This document shows positions 42,123 to 54,100 of a DNA stretch of 64,000 nucleotides, in pieces. The DNA is from Lepidodermella squamata (Eukaryota; Animalia; Gastrotricha): assembly GCA_047495785.1 (NCBI GenBank), contig JBLDXI010000042.1, positions 2,356,001-2,420,000 of the forward strand, written 5' to 3'. Position 1 is the first letter of the stretch; each line of letters begins with the position of its first letter. The notes beneath the pieces were generated by a model that saw only the letters and a program-made list of their open reading frames with translations, did no database searches and was not told the DNA's origin. Both the position numbers and the translations under genes were made by a program.

Positions 42123-45100
42123 TTATGTAGTTGGTTTGGCAACCCCAATGTTCCCCCCGTTATTCGTGTCGACTATATAGGGTGGATTTTTAACTGGATG
42201 TTGACCCAAGTTCGAGTAAGTTGTCATTGAAGACTTCGCTATCCGTTGCCTGTCGTCCAGTGTCAACGGAGGGTCATTCCTACTCAATGCCGCTTCATTG
42301 GCCTTCAAAGTATCAAAATCTTGCCGGTTACTGTCGTCAACAAATCTCTCCTCAAGAGCCGACCCTGGATCGTCCAAGAGTAGATTTCTCTGAGCATCTG
42401 GACCTGCCGCCAAGTTCGGCGGGTATAAGGCATAGGTTGCTTGAATCGCATCGCCAACTGTGCCTTTTCTTTCATTCTCAGGAACGGCAATGAACTTTAA
42501 AATGAAGGGTTTAACTTCAGGCTGATTCAAATGATCTTCCACAATTTGTATTCGCTGTTCCAACGGCACACCAGAATCCGGGTCCAAAAACCATTCCAAC
42601 ATCTTACACAAGCTACTGTAGGAAAACGTGTGGTGAAGAGTAATTAGAGACTCGAACAACACAGGGTTCACTTTCTGAAGAGCTGGCGGTATTTGACTCG
42701 GCGGCAGAACAGTTCCATCTGAAGCAGTGACCTGGATTCCCGGGTTAGCAGGGTCGCTGCTTTTTTTCACGTAGTAACGCGCCACATCCTTGCCGTTTTC
42801 GTCCTTTTTAACCAGTGTATAGGTAGGTGGTGTAAGTGATTTTTTGTCGGCTTTACTAGGACCGCTGCCTCCGTTTTCGTTAGCAGTGTTATTGGGACCG
42901 CTGCCTCCGTTTTCGTTAGCAGTGTTATTGGGACCGCTGCCTCTGTTTTCGTTAGCAGGGTTATTGGGACCGCTGCCTCCGTTTTCGTTAGCAGGGTTAT
43001 TGGGACCGCTGCCTCCGTTTTCGTTAGCAGTGTTATTGGGACCGCTGCCTCCGTTTTCGTCAGCAGTGTTATTGGGACCGCTGCCTTCGACAACTAGAAA
43101 GTAGCCATCGTCCAGATTTACGGTATACTCGTTGTATTTTTTATCGCTTTTAATCATCATCTGGAAATATACAAGAAGCATTGCCTGTGAACTAGAAGAA
43201 TATACTGTATCAGTGGTGAGGCGCCTCGACCCTTTTTAATTGCTAAACGTCGCGAGACAAATTCCAGAAATAATTCATTGTATCAGAGTATCAGTGTGAT
43301 TGCTTTCTGAAAGCAGAGCATTTCACAATTAAATTACACATGAATTCAGGTTTAGTTTTTTTAACTCGTTTATAAACTCGTTTTTTGCAACCAGGTAAAG
43401 TACAGGGTGTTCAAGAAATAATAGCCAGGCTATTTTTAGCGTTGGACTTCAGCCGGACGACTCGCGACTTTTCTAACACTGAAGACGCGAGTCTTAACGG
43501 CGTTTTTTGTAAAAGCGGGAACTTTTGTTTTGACCTTGATTTTTTTTTATTCCCACCTCAAAACCAAAAATTGAAAAAAAATCCAAACCAAAAAGAAGAT
43601 GACGTCAGATGACGTCGAAACGTCACAATCTCAAATAAAAAAGGAAAATGGTCGCAAATTCTTCGCGCTGTTGTTCACATTAAAAATGAAAAAAAAATCG
43701 TCGAGGAAATAGCATCATCAAAAATCACATTTCGTGAATCGGAACTGAAAGGTATTGATTACAATAGCCAAGTTGATGAAAAATGATAGGTGAAATATGG
43801 ACCAACAGTTTCCGGCTGGACATTTTAAGATTACTCAACCAATTTGTGGTATTTTTGTTTCTGATTAATTATTCAAAGTAACGCGTCTTACTGTAGTTAC
43901 TGTACTTACTAAAGTTGGGTTTTTGGACCTTTTTGCTTTATATATGGGCGGAGAAGTAACAGCTTGCTATTGGCGGGAAAAAGCAATCGCCGTACATAAC
44001 TTTTAGGAACGAACGCGATGGGAAATGGGAATTGTTTTCCTGAATCACATTAATATGCTGATTTTCAATAACCGCTTTCGAAGTAACTCGGCGACGCAAA
44101 AAATTGAGCCATTTTCGCAAGTCTGCGCGGAAATGTTTCCTCTCACACTGGCTTTCATTTTTCATGGTGACAGTTACCCCGAATGTCATCGGGAAAAGTA
44201 AAACGAGGTATTGAGCTGAGAGCTGAGTAAAATGGCAAAGCAGCAAATGAAAGTTGGATTGGAATGTTTTCGTTATGAATTTCATAAAATTATAAAGTAT
44301 TCAAAAACCGAATTGAGAGATATATTTTTTAATTTTTCCATCTATTTCGACACGCGATATTGAAAACTGAAATCGGTGGGTTGATTTGGGCTAGATGGTT
44401 CAGGATCCAGCTTGACATCTTGCTCGCGTGTCGTCTGGCTTAAGTCTAACGCTAAACATAGCCTGGCTATTATTTCTTGAACACCCTGTATGAGCCTTTC
44501 TCAACTTCAAACGTAAAATATTTTGAACAAAAAATTTGCAATCCCTTCCAAGTACGTTTCGGGTTGGCATATTCGCGCTTAAATAAGTACGCGTTTTCAA
44601 CTATTCAACGAATAGACACACAGCGAACTGACACAACGAATAGTTGCACGAAATAAAATTTTCAATAATATGTTGTTTACATTAGGAACGGGTTTTATTC
44701 GTTTATTGGGCAAAGATGAGGCGCGCAGCCGTGGGCTCGTTCTTTGACGTTTCTATGGCTCGCATGGAATGAAAATGATTCGCTGTGTGTCTTAGTTCAG
44801 TTGCTGGTCGTGCAGCTACTATCGAAAAAATGTGGACCCGATCAGCTGAGGCGATGTAACAGGGCAGTTAACGTTGAGCGTCGCGCTCAGGTTCGAATAA
44901 AAACCGCACGGATGGATCAAAATTGATCCGACTAGCACGCACGAGAAAACTTAACATTGTTTAAATCGAAGGGTCGACCGACGAAGGAGACAAATATAGC
45001 ATTCGTTTTAAAAATATAGTATTAGTAGATGTGCTCATGCAATATTTTTTGATACAGCACTCGTAAATCGTTTATATCTGAACTCGCCGTACTCGATTTA

Positions 45101-48100
45101 CTCATCTCCACTCGTCTTCGACTCGTTCCGATTCGTAAATCTCGGCCGGCTCCGTTGAGATATAGACTCTTTACTCGTGCTATATCAGACAAATATAGAA
45201 TTGTCCCCAGAAACATAGGTCGAGTAGCTTTGACAATTCGATATTTTACGGTATAACATACGTAAATCGTTTATATCTGAACTCGCCGTACTCGATTTAC
45301 TCATCTCCACTCGTCTTCGACTCGTTCCGATTCGTAAATCTCGGCCGGCTCCGTTGAGATATAGACTCTTTACTCGTGCTATATCAGACAAATATAGAAT
45401 TGTCCCCAGAAACATAGGTCGAGTAGCTTTGACAATTCGATATTTTACGGTATAACATACGTAAATCGTTTATATCTGAACTCGCCGTACTCGATTTACT
45501 CATCTCCACTCGTCTTCGACTCGTTCCGATTCGTAAATCTCGGCCGGCTCCGTTCAGATATATACTCTTTACTCGTGCTATATATTATATAATATACGGA
45601 AGACAAGAAGGGTATATGGGTTTATAATCGCCTGAAGGCTTATATTTCGGCCTGAGGCGCAGCCGAAGGACGAAATATAAGCCTGAAGGCGATTTTAAAC
45701 CCATATAACCTGATTGGCTTCCGTATATGTGTGTTATCCGGGTCGTATCGTAAAATTTTCAGGGTTACTAGTATTGTATGGTACACTCTCGCTGAATTTC
45801 TATTGATTTGATTTGAAATTAAAAGATCCAACTTAAAAAAATCATGAAATTTGTTTCTCGTTCATTTTTTTCTCGCATTCTTCATTTTGCGAGGTTTTGG
45901 TTTGTTTTTCACATCGAATTTCCCGCATTTCTCGCATGCTCAACAAATTGCTGCTACTGAATCACAAAATTGGGCTGTCGGATGCAAGATGGTTCTGCTC
46001 GGTTGGATTTGGATGGCTATCAATGCGACTTTCAAGCGACGCTTCGACTTTCAAACGAAAGGCTGCTATTTGCCATGGTGTCAGGAATCGCTCGATTTTC
46101 GAACCATGCCGTTCTGTATCTTCTAGCTTTCAATGTCGCAATCGATGCCCTGTTGCGATTTCTCGGATTCTCGGATCCAATGCTGCCTGAGCTGTCTTCG
46201 ATTTCATCGAAAGCTGGCCGATCGTTGCTTGATCCCCGCGACATCCTGGACGAATTCTGCCCGATTTTGCGAATCTCTGGACGAGTTCTGCCCGATTTTC
46301 ACGAGCTCATGGCCAAGTGCTGTTCGATGGAGGTGAATGCTGCCCGATTTGATACCGGTCCCGCGCTTTTTCTTCCGGAGTTCTGCCCAATTTTCACCCC
46401 ATTTTTGTGATTTTCAATAAAATCGTTTTGAAGTGTTGCTTGAGCTTTTTTGGGTTTCTCTTGTGTGTTTGACAAGTGGGGTTTTTGGTGATATTTTCTG
46501 GACAAGCGGGCATTTTTTGATATAAAAATATCAAAAAATCCCTGCCTGTTTAGAAAATATCAAAAAATCCCTGCTTGGAAGAAGGTTTTATGAGTTTATA
46601 ATTCGGCCATTAAGAAGGCATATTTTACGATACGATCCGGATAACAGACAAATATAGCATTCGCTCAAAAAATATAGTGTTAGTACCCTTGCTCATGCAA
46701 TATTTGTATGGTATAACATGAGTAAAGAGTTCAGATATAAACCTCCGGAACCTGATTTTTAGAAAATTTTCAAAGGACGAAAATTTTACGAGACATTTTG
46801 CCTGAAATTCCGCCAGAAAAACCCATATCCCCCGGCTTATTTTGGACAGCCTCCAACTACAGAAAATTCAATCGAACCTTGACAGTTTTTAACCCTCTAA
46901 TGCCGAAAACGTGTATACTCAAACTGGCGCTATTCACCTTGAATTTTCATACTTCCCGATTTTTGCCGGCCTAGCCGCTTGGCAATTTTTTAGTTGGCCA
47001 TCAAGGCTCCCCGATTCCGAAAACCGCAAAGTCGGCGCGTTGATTGCGTAACACAGGTGAGTGCGCGCGTCAGGTGGTCGGATGATTTGTGTGTATACTC
47101 AATCAATTTTTTGTATAAACACATGGCGGCCGCCCGGACGGCCGGTTTTGAGTGAATGATTAGACTCCGTTGTGTGTAAAGTCAGTTGCCAATTGAGTTT
47201 ACTCATGCCGGGCGCCGATAGCTATAATTTACAGTCATTTTTTAAATGTTTTGTGGTAAATAATAATTATTCGGGGTGACCAGCTTTTAGGTGGCGGTCT
47301 AGTGTTGCGCCACACACTGTTGCGTAACAACAATCAGCTCGCAATTGTTGCTCAATACTGAGCTCTTTCTCACAATGCTTGCTCGGAAATAAAAGGCAGC
47401 CAGGCAGAGCGCAAAATAACACATCAATATTACTTAGTTTAAGGTTTTATCTGGATACTATTAGCCTATTTGCAAAAAATTGCCCATACCTGTCGCGGCT
47501 TCGCAGCGATTTTCGTCAGCGCGCCGCAACCCCGCCGATTGCCGAATCTATACCCGTGCTGTTTAGCTGCTGGTCGTGCCGGCGAATCATGTCGACCTTT
47601 GGTTTAGGCTACTCACGGCAATTTCTTTAATTTTTTCAAATTTTTTCAAATTTCATGAATAAAATACATGTGGTGTTGCGCTCTTCCGGTGTTAACTCAA
47701 GTGCGTATTTATACAATTTTTTTTGCACGAGTAAACTCAATTGGCACAGGTGTATACTCAGTTTCATAATTCAAAGTCCAAAAAAGGAGGTCCCGGTTGA
47801 GTAAACACACGTAGATAGCTGTATATACTCATTTTGAGTCAGTTTTGACCGATTGAGTAAACTCAGTTTGTATAAAGCCGAGAAGCTGCCGGCATTAGAG
47901 GGTTAAACTTTAGTATTTTAGTGAGAATAGCACTGAACTGCGTTGAGAGCACCAATTCGTTATCGGGGTTTCAAATCCCTCAACATGCATTTCACTTTTT
48001 TATTTTTAAATCTGCTCACAAATTGTATCTCGCTTTAATGTGAACTTCAGCCCTAATCTAAATATTCAGACTAAGCTGTCCGAAATTATCCCAGTTGTAT

Positions 48101-51100
48101 CCGAAATTAGCTGATTCAGTTAGCTGTGAATACCTGTGCACATCTTGGAGGTTTATTACACTTTGATAAAAGGATGAATCATAACAAGTTTTTTTGTCGA
48201 TTTTTTTGCCTTCGCTGCTGCGCTGCTCTTCGAGAAAATACGCCAAGTCAGAGATTTCAACTGAAGGCTGACAGGACAAAAAATCACACAGACCCTATGA
48301 CAATACTTAGCCCCATTACCATGCGAGCGGAGCGTGAGCCGGTCTTGGTAGTTTTTTCAAATCAAAACCGCCCGAGTCAGCCATTAACCCGCCAACGCCT
48401 ACGACGTGTATACACGCGTTTTTCACTTATAATACCCGACAAATTCAGATTTCATCAATCAGCCTTTTCTTTCCACCTGATAATTTATTTCACTATGATT
48501 GCGATAAAAAACATCGACCTCGAAAATTTTTTGCTAAGACACCTGTGCCCTCTGTCGACGCAAAGTTGGCAACTGCCTAAACGCTGGTTTACACGCTTAT
48601 GGTGCGTCTTAACACGCCACAATGTTCACACTACTAGTGCGTGTTCACACGCGAACGACTTTGCGTCACAACACGCCAAAGACATTAACTAGGGCAAAAA
48701 TAGCTATAAAACGCGAGCTGAATGCATTGAAAAAAATCAGAGTTTCATCGATACGTAGTTTTTGAGATTTTCTGATCTTTTTCTGGCAATTCAACTGGCA
48801 TTTGCATGGCTTCTGGCGAAAGGGCTAGGTAAACCTGCTGAATACCGCGCTGGCTATTAATACCGAAAACAATCAAATTGATTGCGCAAGCGGCCTGATT
48901 TCGGCATCGCGCGCTACCTTGTCAATTCAATCACTAATCAATGAAAACCTGAACTATTTAATTTTATCATTTTAAATTTTTTTCATAATTTGCAACCTGA
49001 ATGATTGATTATTGTTGATTTTAGCAAAGATCGTTGACATTCCTGCAATTTCCGAATAAAAGTGGCGGAATGTCTATTCGTACATAGTATGTACGCGAAA
49101 ATTGCTATTCGTACATAGGTATGTACGCAGAAATTGCTATTCGTACATAACTATGTACGCGAAAATTGCTATTCGTACATAGTTTCGATATGCTTTTTTC
49201 TAAGATAGACAACTTCCTCAATTTTCACCCCATCAATCTAATTTTTTGCGTGCTGATAGCTGACCATCAGGCCTATCTCCCCTCAAAAAATCACCATTGG
49301 ACCCCCTAAGGTAGATTCGCAAAATGGCATTATTTGAATTGTTTTTCACGACCCTAGCTTGAATACTTTGGAAGATAATCTGACGAAATTTGACCACTAG
49401 ATAGGCCTCACTTTGCTGCATCTCCCTGTGAAATTCCATGCGAAGCGACCGCCTCTTTCAGCTATATGCGGCTAGTCTTAGATGGTCGACGTCCGTAATT
49501 AACACTACTTTATTTTTATAAACAACACTAGCCTGTTCAACCAGCGAACACCAGGGCATGACCGGCCCTCGACTCGGGTTTCTCACAGGCCCAGCTGGTC
49601 CTCTGCTCTGGTGGTTTTACTAAGCCACTAGTTTTCTCTTTTCATCCGGTAAGATCCGCTCAAGCCCGTACCCTAGCACTCGGTTTCGTGAAGCTGGGGC
49701 GGGGGCCTTAGGCAAGCCCACTCAGCGTGGATCTGCCAATTGTTAATTCATCGGACTGGATCCATCCATAGCCGTACCCTCGCACTCCGTTTCGTGATGC
49801 TTGGGCGGGGCCTTAAGCAAGTCCATTCCGCGTGGCTCTGGATTCGGTTTCGAGATCGTTGACCAGTCTAGGCTACAATCCTTGGATGCCCGGCCCTGGA
49901 TGATCTGCTTTCAGAGCATTCAAAAAGGGTGCCCACTTAGACGGTTAAGGCCTGATATTTTTGCAAACACACTTAACACGCAACGGACGTCGAAAATTCA
50001 AAAATATATGGTTAAGGACAGTAAATTTGTCATGGCGAAAGCCTGGATGATGAGGACGCACGTCTGATACCATTATGGTTCAGGCCAGTCTGTGATCCCC
50101 CGATTGCAGTGGCACTGTAGGGGCCGGTTTGATGGCCCGATCGGCGTGGTTTCTGAGCCAAATGCCCCAGTAAGTTAGGGGGAGGAGGGGGGGGGGAGCC
50201 GCTTTTCCGATTCAGTAGTATGAAACTAGCGCAGAGACACGCCCCGGACCCCTGTCGGACCCGCGTGAAATTGGCCGGTTTCCTAGGGTGTTGGCCTAGG
50301 ATTCGGGGCACATTTTTTCACTAGTTTCAATTAAAACACCATTTACTATTTAGAGTAGCGGGGTATAGTTAAATAATGTATCCAATATTAAATATGTACA
50401 ATCAAGTAGCTGAACACCGGTAAAAAAAGGAATGCAGTCAAAAATTTTCGCAAGAAGGGGAAAATTCAAATACCTATATTTAAAATATTATCTGAGCGCT
50501 CACCTTCAATTCATCGCCCAATCGACCAGCACGTTTTCTTGTTTTGATTGATTTTCTAAGTGATTCCAAATCTTCCTCAGCCGTTTTCTTCTCTTCCTCA
50601 GCCATTTTCTTCTTTTCCTCAGCCGTTTTCTTCTCTTCCTCAGTGGCATTTGAACTTAGTGACTTCCCAAGCTTGGCGGTTCCATTTTCATGTTTGTACA
50701 TTCCGGCACTGAACAGCAGCGTGTTAGCATCAAGAGGGTACCTCTCCCGAATCCAAGACGCAGCAGCCATAGATCTCGAAAAATTGGACGCGTTTTCGCG
50801 AATTTCATCCGCGGTCTTCGTTCGAAGATTTTCAACGTCGACCGTCTTACCAGTTTGTTCGTAAAGAATCTTGCTGTAAACCGAATAGAAGCAGTCATTC
50901 GGCTTCGATTCAACATTCACCCGCTCGCCTTTCGCATCGATGTAGAAAGCATGGCCGACTTTATCGCGTCCCTGCTCGTCCTTACCACCGGGTTTAATGA
51001 CAACCACTGTGATACCCTGCGCTTTCTCCTCATCTGTCGGCTTGTAGTTCTCATCTGAGACGACTTTCAGCTTCAAACCGTACTTTTTGTTAAGAGTCGC

Positions 51101-54100
51101 CATCTCCGCAATGTCGGCTGGCTTGTCCTTCAGAACGTCCTTCATAAGCTGCTCAAGTTCGGGAGTAACCTTGCCGCCACTCGCCTCAGCCTGCGCATGA
51201 TGCAGCTGAGCAAGCCGCTCGTAGTCGAGGCAGTAGGCCTTTGCGTTATAATTGACCTGTTGGCCGATAGTTCGGTACTCGCCGAATCCTTGCATGAACG
51301 ATTGCTCGTCTGCGTTCAAAGGCTCTCCTTTTTCTTTCCGCTCCTTCAGCTTGTCATACCTGAAAAATTAATAGCACGTGGAATACAACGTCAAAGCTTG
51401 GAAATTAAAAAAAAAATCAATCTTTTAGCAAAAGGAGCCTATTTCAGGCCTAATTTCCAAGCTAAGAATAATGTGTCTATGTTGATATCAACGCCGGTGA
51501 CAACGAAATAAGAGTAGTTACTGCCAGAGGCGTAGCCAGGATTTATTTTTGGGGGGTGATAATTTTTTTACCTGCGGCTTCGAAAATTTCGGGGTCTAAA
51601 AACACCTAAAAAGCCTATTTGCGAGCGAAGCTGACGCTTTTTCGGGCATTTTCAAGCTGAAAATAGCCTTAGATTGCATTAAACGTTGCATGGTTCACAG
51701 AAAATTTGTAACCGAAGACCACTTTCAGGATTTCTTTGGGGGGTGTTTAATACCCAAACCTCCCCCCCCCCCCCCCCCCCTGTCTACGCCTCTGGCTACT
51801 GCCTATTGTCCAAATCAAAATACCCCTATGACACAAAATGCACTCGACTACTTGAAAAGATGGTAAGACTTTACTTTGCGTGGACTTTTGAATGCTAAGC
51901 ATCAGCTGTTCGGCTGTCGGTCCCGAAACGCTAACGGGCTCAAACTCTCTCATGCACGACAATAATCTGAAAATGCTTAGCAAAGGGGCCATTACTCATA
52001 TTTCTCCGATTGGTATGGACGACCAGCTCGATGTTTTCATTTGCTCACAGGAATCGGAAGATTACTTCTCTTCTCCGAAGGTTTTACCTAGCGTGGGTAG
52101 TGACCATCTCCCAGTCACAATATAATATGAAGCGCTGACTTAGGTAACGAAAAGAAAAAATGGATATTTCCCAGAGTTAAGATACGACTATCGAAATGTT
52201 GAATGGCCTAGATTTCAGTCAGCACTGGATGAACTAGCAGATCGCCTTTTACGCGAAGTCCCAAAGTCTCTCTCCTCCCAGATGGAAATGGATATTTTCT
52301 ATGACCGTGTTGAAGATGCATTTGTCAAATCGCGAGATCAAAACATTGCCAAAATCCCAGCTGCCAAGCTGAAGATATGCAAAACAACAAAAGACATTGA
52401 ATTCGCGACGAGAAGACGCAATTGGCTCCAACGGCTCTCCAAACGATACCAAACTGTTTCCGTTCGCAAAGCTTACTAATCAGTCAGGTCAAAAGTAAAT
52501 GCAATGTGGGAAAAAGCCTCAAACTCTTGGCTCAGGAAAAAGCAAATATGCGCTAATGGTCATTTTGGTCTCTTTTGGAAAGCTATCGATTCGTCTATGA
52601 AAAAAACAGCATCCTCAACCACACACGTGATGACCGACCTGGAAGTAAACGGCCGTTCCATCAATTCCGACGTTGAAAAAGTTACTGTCATGAGCAACCA
52701 CTTGGAAAAAACGTTCAGTAAGTGCAACGATTTAAATTTCTCAGCAGACGATCTCGCTTTTCACGAACAAGCCAAGAATTCACTCTCAATGCCGTCGCGT
52801 TGCGTTTGAAAGGGGCCGCTAAGTTTCTATTATTATTGCAATATAATATGAAAAACCAAATATTACCCCAAATTTACGTCGTTATGCTCCTCTGGAGATG
52901 ATCTATCGAATTATGCAGGTGGTATAAACATGACTACTTTCGTGGTCATTAAAACTTTTATTTTATTTAAATGGTGTTTCTTAAATATGATCACAACGAG
53001 TATTTCTATTATTCCTTCTCTCGAAAACCGTTGAGCCCAATGGGAATCAGCAAATAAACTGCCGCTTTTATTGATATGATGGCTCTCGCTTAGCTGATTA
53101 TTTTGGATAGATCATTTCGAGATCGGCCCCTTTCAAACTCGACTCCTTGCGTTACGCGACGATGCGTTGCGTTTGAGTTGCGTTTGAGCAAGGAGTCGAA
53201 GATAACAGCGCAAATAACATGTTATCGTTCGAAGAAATCAAACGGCATATCTCGGTTCTAAAAACGAAAGCTCCGTGGCACTACAACCTCCACTATACTC
53301 TGCTCAAAAAAGCGGGTGAAAAAGCTCTTCTACTTCTTCCTTTTTCATTTACAAGTGTTTTGACTTACGGTTTCACTCCTTCGAAATGGAAAATAGCAGT
53401 CATTACCCTTATTCCGAAACCAAGTTAAAAACCATCGTTCCCCGAAAGCCGAAAGGTCACCGTCCGATATCTCTTCTGCCAAACTATTGGCAAATTATTT
53501 GACAGAATTATCAACGAGAAAGTTTTGAAAATTTTAGTTCTGGCTGAGGGGTTGCGTTTGCGAATTTCTCAGTTTAAGATATGTCTCGCCCTCTACTTGC
53601 TCGACGCGAACCCTAAAAGAGCTTGTGGCAAATTGGACTATGCACGAATCGCCGATGTGATTCGGGGTTCATACACCTGGTTTTTCACTATCCTAGTCAT
53701 AGGCTCAATAAAGCGACGATGTTGTTTCGAGGTGGTGGGCTATTTGAACCACCTTGTCAAATATGAACGTGAAAACCATCTAGTGGTCAACAAGAAGAAA
53801 ACTAATGCTGTTTGGTACGGACGACGATGACAAGCCCCTCGAACTTAGGAGTTTGGTTCAGCAGCGACCTATCTTTCAAAGAATCCATAAGACAATGCCA
53901 CTTGAAAATGGCTAGAATCGCTGGAATGCTACCGACCCTTGAAAAATTCGATGATATAACTATTGTAAGCTTGAGTTTATTGTAACGCGGGGTGGTTCTA
54001 GCGGCTGGCCTGTACTGAGCTGAACTGTGGGAGCTTAGATCGTCAGAAGGCTGCGCCATCAGTTCAGTTGCAACTCTTAAAACAAGCGCTGAAGCTACCG

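Noticed and set aside
42859-43086. 36-bp repeat as a CRISPR array
   Set aside because: Units are contiguous without spacers and are an in-frame coding repeat.
45022-45582. Duplicated small ORFs (MFLGTILYL...) or a CRISPR-like array
   Set aside because: By-product of a 199-bp tandem repeat; no unique spacers, no cas genes, eukaryotic context.
49660-49845. Tandem hammerhead ribozymes (CGAAAC on the minus strand)
   Set aside because: No CUGANGA core at a suitable position in either copy.
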